Shown in pieces: positions 20,071 to 30,227 of a stretch of DNA of 64,000 nt. The position numbers and the translations under genes are program-made. Each line of letters opens with the position of its first letter. Position 1 is the first letter of the stretch. The DNA is taken from assembly GCA_963677495.2 (NCBI GenBank), contig CAXXOU010000001.1, forward strand, positions 896,001 to 960,000. The letters are read 5' to 3'. This DNA comes from Candidatus Cloacimonadales bacterium. GTDB lineage: Bacteria; Cloacimonadota; Cloacimonadia; Cloacimonadales; JAFGVF01. The notes below the pieces were generated by a model. The model did no database searches, had not been told where the DNA came from, and saw nothing but the letters and a program-made list of their open reading frames with translations.

Positions 20071-20407
20071 TTCTCATCCTCGCTGAAAGTGATTATTTAT
20101 AACTATATTATATTACAATTATTTATGTGTATGATATATATTTCTTCAATAACGTTTTTGATTGTTGTACAGGGTTAAGAGACAAGGATTTCTGAATATT
20201 GTCAATAACTCTTTTTTCACAAACTTTTTTCCCTTTTGTAGATGCCTTTATTTAGCATTAATTGTGTCTTAAAAAAAAGTTTTTGGATATATATCAAAGA
20301 TAAAATAACATCTTTTGGAACATTTTTAACATTCAATACGTTATACAAGTTTAAAACTATTTTCTGCAGGTCACTATATGAATATCAATAACCCATCTCT
20401 TAGAAAT

Positions 20408-20441
20408 AAAAAAGCAGACTACCCGGGGACAGATAGTCTGC
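20408..20441 (-). terminator. Rho-independent terminator
   Basis: gcagacta...tagtctgc stem with A-run on plus strand, downstream of the Na/Pi gene. Confidence 0.7.
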
Positions 20442-20459
20442 AATTGTATCTTCTTTTTA

Positions 20460-22154
20460 TTAATTATATTGCCTAAGAGCTTCGGAGATGTTAAGTGCAT
20501 AGTCACCAATATGTTCCATATGCTTAAGTATATCAATATATAGGAGCTCAGTGTTAACGTCAGCACCCTCTTTAAGTCTGCTTCTTGCTGACTTCTTAAG
20601 AGTATCCCTGGAACGATCTACTTTCTTCTCAAGCTCATTTGCAAGTCTGAAATCAGTTTGAGTTATATGCTCAATAAGATGAGATTTATAGAAGTCGATG
20701 AAGCGTCTGATTATATCAGCGAACTCTTCAATCTCTTTCTTAGCACTATCTGATATTACAAGTTTCCTATCATACTTCTTCTGGAAAAGAAGGAGAAGTC
20801 TGAAAATACTATCTGCAATACTTTCAAGTTCACTGGTTATACGTATCATAGCATTTATATTCTGTGTTTCCTGATCTGTAACAGTCTGCTTTGAACATTG
20901 AATAAGATATGCACAAATCTCTTCATTCATCACATCTGTAAGCTCTTCAGCTCTACGAACGCTTTTTGCAACATCACCCATCTTCTTCTGTGGATTAGAG
21001 AAAAGACTCATACAGTCGTTGAAAGCTTTCTCAACAACTTCAGCCATCTTGTTAATCTCCTGACGTGCTGTTTCAATGTTCATTCCGGCAGTATCAACGA
21101 TACCTCCATGCAGGTATTGTAACGAGTATTCAACTGACTCTTCATCCACCTTACCCGGCTTAACAAGCTTTTCAACTGCTAACGCAAAGTACTTAACAAA
21201 CCAGATACAGATAAGTGTATTCGTAATATTAAAGAGTGTATGGAAAAGTGAAAGGTTCAATGGTAAGTTTGTGGATAAGGTCTCATCCCAAGGAGTTAGC
21301 TTCAATACAAGCATTAAGAACCACCTGAAGACAAAGCTTATCCATATAACACCGAATACGTTGAATAGAAAATGAGCTCTAGCCGCTCGCCTTGCACTAA
21401 CTGTCGTGCCAAGTGAAGCTAGATATGCTGTCACTGTTGTACCTATATTCTCACCAAGTACAACTGCTGCTGCTGTTGGGAAGTCGATCCAACCTTTATA
21501 AGCCATGGTAACTGTAATAGCCATCGCAGCACTTGAAGATTGCACAACAACAGTTAGCAATGATCCGATAACAACAAAGATAAGGTACGATAAGAAACCT
21601 TTACCGGTCCAGTCTGATACAAAGGCAAGAATCTCAGGATGGTTTTTGATATCCGGAACAGAGTCTTTTAAGAAAGCAAGACCTAAGAAAAGGAGACCGA
21701 ATCCAATAAGTACTTCACCCCAATCCTTACTTTTACCTCTTTTAGCAAAGAGTAGTGGTAGTCCAACACCTATAATAGGGAGACTGATTGCTGAGATTTT
21801 GAACTTGAAACCGATAAATGATACAATCCAAGTTGTAACCGTAGTACCAATATTGGCACCCATTATCACACCGATTGCTTGGGTTAGATTTAACAGACTT
21901 GCGTTAACAAAGCTAACAACCAGCACTGTTGTTGCAGAAGATGATTGAACTAAAGCTGTTATTAAAAAACCTGTCATTACAGCTATATAGCGGTTCTTGG
22001 TCATATATCCAAGAATCGCTTTCATTCTGTTACCCGCAACTTTCTGAATTGCGTTACTCATTACATGCATTCCGAAAAGGAAGACACCAAGTGCTCCTAA
22101 TATCTGGAATAGAGACTGAATGATATTTCCAATCAATGTAGTTTCCTCACTCAC
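20460..22154 (-). CDS. Na/Pi cotransporter family protein with C-terminal PhoU-like domains
   Basis: Two QSSSA repeats, GANIGTT/GENIGTT, C-terminal EHIGDYALN. Confidence 0.93.
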   Translation of the reverse strand: MSEETTLIGNIIQSLFQILGALGVFLFGMHVMSNAIQKVAGNRMKAILGYMTKNRYIAVMTGFLITALVQSSSATTVLVVSFVNASLLNLTQAIGVIMGANIGTTVTTWIVSFIGFKFKISAISLPIIGVGLPLLFAKRGKSKDWGEVLIGFGLLFLGLAFLKDSVPDIKNHPEILAFVSDWTGKGFLSYLIFVVIGSLLTVVVQSSSAAMAITVTMAYKGWIDFPTAAAVVLGENIGTTVTAYLASLGTTVSARRAARAHFLFNVFGVIWISFVFRWFLMLVLKLTPWDETLSTNLPLNLSLFHTLFNITNTLICIWFVKYFALAVEKLVKPGKVDEESVEYSLQYLHGGIVDTAGMNIETARQEINKMAEVVEKAFNDCMSLFSNPQKKMGDVAKSVRRAEELTDVMNEEICAYLIQCSKQTVTDQETQNINAMIRITSELESIADSIFRLLLLFQKKYDRKLVISDSAKKEIEEFADIIRRFIDFYKSHLIEHITQTDFRLANELEKKVDRSRDTLKKSARSRLKEGADVNTELLYIDILKHMEHIGDYALNISEALRQYN

Positions 22155-22408
22155 TTTTTCGTTTTTAGGGATTACAGTTCACAAATATTTAACTATTAGT
22201 AAACAATTCGTTAACATTGCTATTGAAAAACCAACTATCGTCAATTTCAAAATTAACAATGTTAAGTTTGTTAAGACTATATGAGATTATTAAAGCCTCT
22301 AATCTCCCTTATAATGGTCAACTAAGGGAATTGTTTATTAAATGTTAAATAAATGTTAAGACAGTTATTTTGTGATATCCGGAGTTAATATCATTAGGTA
22401 ATATTAAG

Positions 22409-22578
22409 AATTATTGTCGCTATCATTGCACTCTCATAATTACCATGCAAGGATTGCCTGATTCCGAAAAGTCTCTTGGGCAACCCTAGGGCTTGAGCAT
22501 AAGAAACTGTAAAGCAAAGGAGCAGGTTTTGCTCTCTTTCCAACCTTTATTATGATAGAGCAATGACTGCTTGATAAT
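22409..22578. repeat. Imperfect palindromic module G; the reverse complement of its left half recurs at 61631-61716
   Basis: 'aagtctcttgggcaaccctagggc' vs 'gccccggggatgcccaagagactt'; arm 'tattatgatagagcaa' shared. Confidence 0.7.
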
Positions 22579-22634
22579 ATTCATAAAACCACACTAAGCT
22601 TTCTATTTCTTTGGTAATCTACTTCTACTTCTTC

Positions 22635-22825
22635 CAAAATGAGCCTACTACCTCCCTGCTACAACCCTGAATATGACAAGTATTCCATAAATAATCAAGT
22701 TATCCACATGATGTGGATAAATCGTGGCGTTCCATGAGAGGGTCACGAGAGGGTCACCTGTGGGAAACCTTTGAAACACCTTTTTTAGTCACGGAACCGG
22801 AAGGGATGAAGCAGGGAAAATTTGA
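22635..22825. repeat. MITE-like module H containing inverted DnaA-box pair; second copy 47411-47603
   Basis: Core 'agttatccacatgatgtggataaatcg..gcgttcca.gagagggtcacgagagggtcacctgtggg.aacctttgaaacaccttttttagtcacggaacc' near-identical in both copies. Confidence 0.88.
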
Positions 22826-23024
22826 GAAAATATATGCCAGTGGGGAGGCTCGTACTGCGTCCCACTCTGAGGAACTCCATCTAGTTTACAACTATAGCTC
22901 TTTGAGCTATGTGCAAGTGGGGACACTCGCACTACAACTCACCTTAATTACGGAGTAGGGCTAAAACATTTGACTATTTATAAGATGGGATTTAATTTGT
23001 TTCAAAAATCTTAAGGAGTTTTCA

Positions 23025-23348
23025 ATGTTCCAAGGTGGACCAAATATGAAAGATCTGATGCGTAAAGCTCAGAAGATGCAACAAGACTTACTCAAAGCTC
23101 AAGAAGAGCTTGCAAATAAGGTAGTAGAGACACAGGCCGGTGGCGGAATGGTTAAAGTTGAGATGAACGGACGTTATGAAATCAAATCACTTAAAATTGA
23201 CCCTGAAGTTGTTGATCCTGATGATGTAGAAATGCTTGAAGATCTTATCGTGGCTGCAATGAAAGAAGCTTTAGAGAAGATTGGTAAAAGCAGTGAAGAT
23301 AGCATGAGCAACCTTACAGGTGGGATGAAAATACCGGGACTCTTCTAA
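23025..23348 (+). CDS. ybaB: YbaB/EbfC nucleoid-associated protein
   Basis: AQKMQ, AGGGMVKV, DVEMLEDLIVAA; upstream of recR. Confidence 0.95.
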   Translation: MFQGGPNMKDLMRKAQKMQQDLLKAQEELANKVVETQAGGGMVKVEMNGRYEIKSLKIDPEVVDPDDVEMLEDLIVAAMKEALEKIGKSSEDSMSNLTGGMKIPGLF

Positions 23349-23353
23349 ACTGA

Positions 23354-23947
23354 ATGTTAAGTCCTAAATATAAGAAGCTAGAGGAGAATCTTGCAACTCT
23401 ACCCGGCATAGGTAAAAAGACTGCCGGAAGACTTGCAATGCATCTTATTACCCAGAATCGAGCTCATTCCCTTGAACTTTCTGAGTCTATTACTGATGCT
23501 GTGAACTCCTTCACAAACTGCTCTATCTGCAATATGCTATCCGAGCAGGATCCATGCCCGGTTTGTACTGATTCAGATAGAGATGGACAAGTGCTTTGCG
23601 TTGTAGAGACAACTCAAGATGTGTTTATCTTTGAGGAGTTGCATTCATTCAAAGGCAGATATTTTGTCCTTGGACATCTGCTTTCTCCAATGCATGGAAT
23701 CGGACCTGATGAGATTAAGTTCGAACTGCTTCTTTCCTTTATTGAAGAGAATCCTGTAGAGGAGATTATCCTGGCTCTGAGTCCTTCTGTAGAAGGTGAA
23801 ACTACAATCAGTTTTCTGGCTGAACATTTAGAAAACAGAGGTTTAAAGATATCAAGACTCTCTACAGGTTTGCCATTCGGAACTAACCTTGAATATGCAA
23901 ATAACATTACGCTTGCCAATGCCTTTAAAAATAGGACCAATATCTAA
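23354..23947 (+). CDS. recR: Recombination mediator RecR
   Basis: LPGIGKKTA HhH, C4 zinc finger, TOPRIM (CVVE, VEGETT). Confidence 0.96.
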   Translation: MLSPKYKKLEENLATLPGIGKKTAGRLAMHLITQNRAHSLELSESITDAVNSFTNCSICNMLSEQDPCPVCTDSDRDGQVLCVVETTQDVFIFEELHSFKGRYFVLGHLLSPMHGIGPDEIKFELLLSFIEENPVEEIILALSPSVEGETTISFLAEHLENRGLKISRLSTGLPFGTNLEYANNITLANAFKNRTNI

Positions 23948-25227
23948 TGAGATTGTTCAGAGCTTTAACAATAGTTGCAATACTGACATTGCTTGTAGCA
24001 TGTGGAAGTAAAGATACGCTTACAGGTGGACCGGAAGATACAGTTAAACCCGAGATAGTCTCAGTTTATCCTGAAGAAAGGGAAGATATTAGTGCCGGTC
24101 AGATTGAGCTTATATTCAATAAGAACCTTGATAAAGTCAGTGTAGAACGTAGTATCTATATATATCCGGCTGTCGAGGATATGAATTTAAAGGTTTCAAA
24201 ATCTACTGTTACAATTACATTTGAAACTGAACAGATGGAAGAATCTAACTATTACCTTACAATCAACAAAAGCTTGAAAGATATTCGTAACAATACAATG
24301 GAGAGTAATCAAACCCTTGTTTTTCGAAAGGGTGAGTTCAATGAGTACAAGATTAGAGGTGTTGTGCAATACGAAGAGGGAGCTGAAAAGGGACACAGGA
24401 CATTTGTTACTGTCTTAACCTCCGATTCTCTCTTTATCCTATCTCAGAAATTGAAGAGTGACAGATTTGAGATTCCTAACCTTAATCCTGCTGATTACTT
24501 TTTACGAGCCTATACTGATAACAATGATAATGAACGCTATGACTTTGGGAGAGACCTTTTTTTTGAAGGTCCTTTCACTCAAAGTATGAGATCTATCAGA
24601 CTTAATATGGCTGTTGCAGATTCCACTCTGCCTAAGCTTAGATCAGGTAGGTTTCAATATGATAATCAGCTTAGTTTGAGCCTTAGTGAAGAATTGAAGA
24701 GTTTTGAGAGCATTACAATTACATCTCTAAAAGATAGTACTGAAGTACCGTATAAATATGCTGTATTAAATGATAACTACCTCAATCTAATCACAGAACC
24801 TGTAGACACTCTTAAGTACAAGGTTACCATTAAAGGTATGGAAGACTTGAAAGGTAATCTCAGAGAGTTGATGGCTGTAGAGGTCCAAGGTATTGTCAAA
24901 CCTGATACATTAGCACCTTCAATCATCTCAACTTTCCCAGAAGATGGTAGAACAATTAAAACTTTGAATCCAAGAATACTGGTTGAGTTCTCAGAGATTA
25001 TCCCAAAGGCTTATCTTGTCTGTAAACTACAAGAAGTGGAGTCAGGAAGGGAGTTGAAACTTACAACATTGAGCAGTGATAGCCACCTTGCAGAGTTTAT
25101 GCCGGCTAATAAGTTGAGACCTTACTATTCATACAAGTTTATCGTTACTAAATCAACAGCAGATGCTAAGTTCAATTTCTTAGCTGAGGATTATATAATT
25201 AACTTCCTGCCGGTTGCAGAGGAATAA
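23947..25227 (+). CDS. Lipoprotein with bacterial Ig-like (Big_5/SbsA-like) domains
   Basis: Lipobox LVAC, LTGGPEDTVKP motif, two D..P.I.S..P Ig repeats. Confidence 0.8.
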   Translation: MRLFRALTIVAILTLLVACGSKDTLTGGPEDTVKPEIVSVYPEEREDISAGQIELIFNKNLDKVSVERSIYIYPAVEDMNLKVSKSTVTITFETEQMEESNYYLTINKSLKDIRNNTMESNQTLVFRKGEFNEYKIRGVVQYEEGAEKGHRTFVTVLTSDSLFILSQKLKSDRFEIPNLNPADYFLRAYTDNNDNERYDFGRDLFFEGPFTQSMRSIRLNMAVADSTLPKLRSGRFQYDNQLSLSLSEELKSFESITITSLKDSTEVPYKYAVLNDNYLNLITEPVDTLKYKVTIKGMEDLKGNLRELMAVEVQGIVKPDTLAPSIISTFPEDGRTIKTLNPRILVEFSEIIPKAYLVCKLQEVESGRELKLTTLSSDSHLAEFMPANKLRPYYSYKFIVTKSTADAKFNFLAEDYIINFLPVAEE

Positions 25228-25238
25228 AGTTTAAACAC

Positions 25239-25274
25239 AAAAAAAGGCTACTGAGTTTTCAGTAGCCTTTTTTT
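25239..25274. terminator. Bidirectional Rho-independent terminator
   Basis: A7-ggctactga-gttt-tcagtagcc-T7 between convergent genes. Confidence 0.9.
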
Positions 25275-25289
25275 AAAACTGTTAAGAAA

Positions 25290-26525
25290 CTATAGTTTCA
25301 TCTTCATCTCTTCATATCTTCTGCTGTGGTAAAGAAGGTTTGCGGGAGGGTCAATCTTGTTTATAGTTTTGTCGATAGAACCAAGTCTTCTTGAAGAGAT
25401 ATTACCTTTGCTGAAATGCTTGTTAGAGGCTCTTTTTAATTGTGATTGAATCTTTAAAAGCATTGATTTGAATCCATCAGGACTATAACCTGCTCTCACT
25501 GCAAATATAACACCAAGGTGGTCAGCTTCAATCTCAAAATCATCAAGTAGACCTTCAAGCAACATCTTGAAGTAACGTTGAGTTTCCTGTGTTAGTTCCT
25601 GCTCAAGTTTCTGTGTGTCTTCATTCACACCAAAATTGCTTTCTATCTCCATATCTAATCGACCGAAAGCATCTTGAGCACCACTATTAGATTCTTCAAC
25701 TTCATAGTGCGACATACCATGTTTACGTGAAACATGTGCAACTTCATGTGCTAGTACACACGCTAATTCAGCTTCATTGTTGAGTAAAGACAATAAGCCT
25801 TCAGTGATAAATACATATCCACCCGGACAGGACCATGCCCCGAGTTGATTACTCTTTAAGATAAAGAATCTTACTCGTTGGTTTGGAATATCAGATGCTG
25901 AAACAATACTGTTACCAATAAAGTTGATGTATTCGTTAAGTTCGTAGTCTTTGTTTAACCCCATTCCTGCTAAATGAGCAGCTACGGCCAAGCCAAAACC
26001 TTGCTCTGTTTTACTGAATGTTACAGAGCTATTTCTTGGTGGTAGAGCTACTTTCTTTCTGATTCTTTTTAGGTTCACACCTTTGTATGTTTTCTTCTTA
26101 AACTTCTTGTATTTCTTTGCATCTATCTGAAAGCCAGATAAATAATCAAGTTCATGAACTTCAGTGTTATACATTGAACTGAAGGTTTCAGCAAGTCCCT
26201 TTATACCCGCAGATTCAGTTGCAGGAGAGGTAATCATGTCAGTTTTATTCTCTGCTAATTGACTGATGGAACTGGACATCTCAGTAACTGCATTTAAAGC
26301 GTTAGATGCTATATAACCTTCTCCACCTAAAGCAGATACTTTTAACCAGTTATCTTCATTAGCTATAACATCAACAGATGTGCCTTTTTGTAGCTCTCTA
26401 ACTGCTGCATAATATGAACCGGGACCTTCTCTTAGAACCACTCCGGCACGTTTGATTGTAGCCTGATAAGCTGATAATGTTATCGCAAATACCAGCATCA
26501 AAATCAATATATTTACTCTTTTCAT
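25290..26525 (-). CDS. Secreted SH3b-domain + M48 family metalloprotease
   Basis: Signal peptide, LREGPGSYY SH3 motif, GAWSCPGGYVFIT, LAHEVAHV (HExxH), EIEAD. Confidence 0.88.
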   Translation of the reverse strand: MKRVNILILMLVFAITLSAYQATIKRAGVVLREGPGSYYAAVRELQKGTSVDVIANEDNWLKVSALGGEGYIASNALNAVTEMSSSISQLAENKTDMITSPATESAGIKGLAETFSSMYNTEVHELDYLSGFQIDAKKYKKFKKKTYKGVNLKRIRKKVALPPRNSSVTFSKTEQGFGLAVAAHLAGMGLNKDYELNEYINFIGNSIVSASDIPNQRVRFFILKSNQLGAWSCPGGYVFITEGLLSLLNNEAELACVLAHEVAHVSRKHGMSHYEVEESNSGAQDAFGRLDMEIESNFGVNEDTQKLEQELTQETQRYFKMLLEGLLDDFEIEADHLGVIFAVRAGYSPDGFKSMLLKIQSQLKRASNKHFSKGNISSRRLGSIDKTINKIDPPANLLYHSRRYEEMKMKL

Positions 26526-28627
26526 TTAACCTCCATGGTAAAGATACCTTCCCACTCCCCGGGAGGGTTTTCAAGCAAGCTTCTACACCTATTTAGCATA
26601 ATGCCTGACGGTTTATCGTTAATTTCAGACGTATAAAGCCTATTAAAAATCTCAGAAGCCTTAAGAAATTCACTGTCAAAATAAAGCTTAAGCGCTTCTT
26701 CGTAATCATTTATCCATCCATATTCATTCTTGGAATCAATAGTTTTATTGTCAACAAGTTCATATATAGTTAGTGGTTTAGTCTTACCTTTTAGGATAAT
26801 TCTATCGAGTTTTCGGAAGAGAAATTCATCCTTTACCTGATCATAAATGTGTTCACAAATAATGATATTAGTCCGGTAGTATTTATTTATGCTTTCCAAC
26901 CTGGAAGCTATGTTAACGGTATCTCCGATCACTGTATAATCCATTCTGGATGGAGAACCAATATTACCGGCAATCAATTTACCGGTTGCGATTCCTATTC
27001 TTGTATTAAGATGTAGTTCATCTGAAAGTTCAAGATTACCTTTCTTCTTCAAATCCTTATTATGTTGTATATGTTGTATAGCCATATTACAGGCATTGTA
27101 AGCATAATCTGAGGTCTGCTTCGCTTGAATAGGAACACCGAATACAGCAAGAATTCCATCACCTAGATACGCTTCAAGTAGACCGTTATTACCGGTGATT
27201 CTATCACCCATTACTGTGAAATATTTATTCAGTATTTCCACTAGCTTACGTGGTTCTGTTTTCTCGGTTAAAGTGGTAAAATTATAGACATCACTGAACA
27301 TTACTGCTGCCCTTACCTCTTCTCCACCTAAGTCGATTAGGTTTGGGTTTTTCTCTAACTCTTTTAAAATCTCTCTACTTATGTATCTGCTAAACATGTT
27401 TCTAATCTTCAGCCGTTCTTTATACTCTTTAGCAAAAGATAAGAATGTGAAGCTTAGCATGTAGATGATATATACTACTAGTATTTGAGGAATCGGAAGA
27501 ATATATCGAGTACTGATCCAAACAGAATAAGCAATCAGAACTATCAGTGTTGTAATAATCAAACTAAGAACAAGTGGTTTGGCAAAACTATCCCGATTTG
27601 TCAACCACACCAGTAACACTAAAAATAATGATATGATTATAACAGTAACAAATGATGATGCAAAACGGATATGGTCATCAGTAACAAGGTTAGTATAAAG
27701 CGTTGCCCACGCTTCTATTCCCGGTTTTTGCACACCTAATGGTGTGTGCTTTAGATCATTTAAACCATCAGCTGTTGCACCAATCATCACAACTGCGTTA
27801 TCAAAGTATCCTGAAGGTATTGTCGGTTCACCACCGTATTTCATAGCTATAGCACTTTGTAAGACAGCTTTTATCGGACAGTACATGAAATCTTCATTAT
27901 ACCAGTTTAGGTGGTAGGATCCTTGTTTTTGTGGGACTTTAAATAAATCTTCTCGTTTAATATGTCTTTCAACTTCAGTAACCGGATAGGATGGTATAAT
28001 GAAGTTACTGCCATTTTCTTTCAGAATGCTATAGATAGGTATCTCTCTAAGAATCCCATCTTTGTCGCTTTGAACGTTAATGGAAACAACACCTTTAGCA
28101 GCATTGTAAAGAGTATCAATAGGCATGTTAGCACTGTAATACTCATGGAAATTGTATATGTTTTTATTAATAGTTTTGTAGTTAGTAAGAGAGCGCCCTA
28201 TCTCTTTCGCTTCAGTCGATAACTGAGTTGCTAAATATACATTCCCGTGCTTTCTCATAGCATCGGCAAAGGTTTTATCGTATTCACCACTTTCAGCTTC
28301 TGAAGTTTCTCTACTTTCATCATAGAAAAGAATATCGAAAAGAACTGCCTTACTGTTCTCAGCTTTCAAATAATCAACTATATGAGCATAGAAATCACGG
28401 GGCCATGGATATGCATAGGATGTGTTCTTTCGAACATAATCAAGACTACTATTGTCAATTGTTACAATAATTACCTTTGTTGAATCGGGAATCTTATGGC
28501 TCCCAACCTTCAATAGGTTATCAGATATTGAGTCATCCAGAGAGTTGTTAACACCAAATCCGATTAGAAGTAGTAATACTCCCAACGTAATCTGTAATGC
28601 TCTTGTGTTTGTATACTTAAGTTTCAT
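26522..28627 (-). CDS. CHASE2-domain adenylate/guanylate cyclase
   Basis: YPWPR and FDILF CHASE2 motifs, 3 TM helices, MFSDVYNFT, YLGDG, YTVIGDTVNIASRLE. Confidence 0.93.
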   Translation of the reverse strand: MKLKYTNTRALQITLGVLLLLIGFGVNNSLDDSISDNLLKVGSHKIPDSTKVIIVTIDNSSLDYVRKNTSYAYPWPRDFYAHIVDYLKAENSKAVLFDILFYDESRETSEAESGEYDKTFADAMRKHGNVYLATQLSTEAKEIGRSLTNYKTINKNIYNFHEYYSANMPIDTLYNAAKGVVSINVQSDKDGILREIPIYSILKENGSNFIIPSYPVTEVERHIKREDLFKVPQKQGSYHLNWYNEDFMYCPIKAVLQSAIAMKYGGEPTIPSGYFDNAVVMIGATADGLNDLKHTPLGVQKPGIEAWATLYTNLVTDDHIRFASSFVTVIIISLFLVLLVWLTNRDSFAKPLVLSLIITTLIVLIAYSVWISTRYILPIPQILVVYIIYMLSFTFLSFAKEYKERLKIRNMFSRYISREILKELEKNPNLIDLGGEEVRAAVMFSDVYNFTTLTEKTEPRKLVEILNKYFTVMGDRITGNNGLLEAYLGDGILAVFGVPIQAKQTSDYAYNACNMAIQHIQHNKDLKKKGNLELSDELHLNTRIGIATGKLIAGNIGSPSRMDYTVIGDTVNIASRLESINKYYRTNIIICEHIYDQVKDEFLFRKLDRIILKGKTKPLTIYELVDNKTIDSKNEYGWINDYEEALKLYFDSEFLKASEIFNRLYTSEINDKPSGIMLNRCRSLLENPPGEWEGIFTMEVK

Positions 28628-30227
28628 ATTTTTCCTTTATCAACTTAAACAACTATCACTGATTTATGGCAATCTTTTTATTTTATGACATTACCTTTGC
28701 AATGTCGCAGACCATGCAAATTCTCATCGTAGGACACGCTGCCAGCTTGTCCGCTTAGTGCAGCTTAGCTATTCCACTGACGTTAACTAGTAAGAATTAC
28801 TAAAGCTCTTTAGTAATTATAATCAGGTTTTGCATTGGTGAATCCAGTTCCAAAGGAGTGATCGTTTAATAGCCTCATACGACAACTTGTCGCTTGGGGT
28901 TAAAGACCTCGGACATTGTTTTAGCCTTGAAGGGGCGTAAGGAGCCTCAATGTGTTAATCTTTCACCCCTATAGGGCTACAATCTTCTTTTATTACATTA
29001 CCACATGCCCAAGCATGTGGCTATTGAGCAGACACCTCTTCAAGGCAAAAGAACGCTCTTCAAGCTGTGGGCAGGCAAGCTGCATGCCCTACAACACAGC
29101 CCTAAATGGGCTAAATATGAATAGCCCCGGGTTTTATGAACCCGGGGTCAAGTACCCACCCCCCAAAAAAACCTTAGAACCCTGAAGGGGTTCAACGCTT
29201 TCAGGACAACGAAAATGATGCTCTAAAGAATCGCTCCAAACTATTGAAGAAAGGACGCCCAGATTGGTAAACTGCTACACCTATTTCGCTCTCACTCCTC
29301 TGCCATAATTATTAATCTACAGATATCGCTACCCAATCAAATTCGAGTCCAAAACCTGTTAAAGAATAACTACATTTGAATAGGGTTTCAATAGGAGTCT
29401 CCTATCTGAGTGTTAAAGATTGTAACAGAGCAGTGACAGTTTCATGATGTTGAGATGCCATTAAAAATTTTCTCATTTTATTCTGACGGATCTCTGCAAA
29501 AAGTCAGAAATCCACCCCTATTTTGCTCCCGCCCCTCCCCCGGACCTCTCGGGGATAGGCGGGAGAGGTCCCCGAGTGGTCCCGGAGAGGAGCAGGGGTG
29601 GATACTTCACTTTCGGTTGACCTTGCACAGACTAATTTCTGCCGAATTGCTCTTGAGCAATAAAAACAGAGCGGAAATACTATGCTCACAATTATCTTAT
29701 TTAATTCTCACTTCTCAAGTGGGTGTTATGTCGGATTTGAGTGGGGATTGAGTGAGTGATGAGTGAGAATTGCTCATGGGAGTAACGTGGGAATAAAGAG
29801 AAAAAGGCACATGAATTTCAGATATTCTATCACCCCTTCAGGGTGTGTCTTAATATTGTGATGATTCCCATACGCTATCGCATATGGCTAATTGAACTTA
29901 TACTTCTTCGAAGTAACAACATCTTCGAAGTAACAACTGCCTTTTCACTCTGAAAGAGTGATTGTTTAATAGCCCCATGCGACTTGTCGCTTGGGGTTAA
30001 AGTTCACAGATATTAGTTTAGCCCTGAAGGGGCGTAGGGAGCCTCAATGTGTTAAACTTACGCCCCTATAGGGCTACACTCTTCTTCTATTACACTACCA
30101 CATGCCAAAGCATGTGGCTATTGACTTACTGTCAATGGCAGTGAGAAATGGTACACGATGGCAGTGAAAAGTGGTACAAAACTGCCAACCTTTAAAAATG
30201 ACTACTTCAAGACAGTTTGGAGTAGGT

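Noticed and set aside
20095..20150. NrdR boxes upstream of nrdD
   Set aside because: AT-rich sequence with only loose resemblance to the consensus; cannot be supported by eye
22700..22720. Replication origin suggested by DnaA boxes
   Set aside because: Only two boxes, embedded in a repeat duplicated at 47478; no dnaA/dnaN or box cluster nearby
28952..29751. Short ORFs in repeat islands (also 7443-7810, 22713-22958, 32433-32615, 35655-35906, 47636-47834, 51258-51455)
   Set aside because: Translations of palindromic repeats, with no RBS or protein motifs
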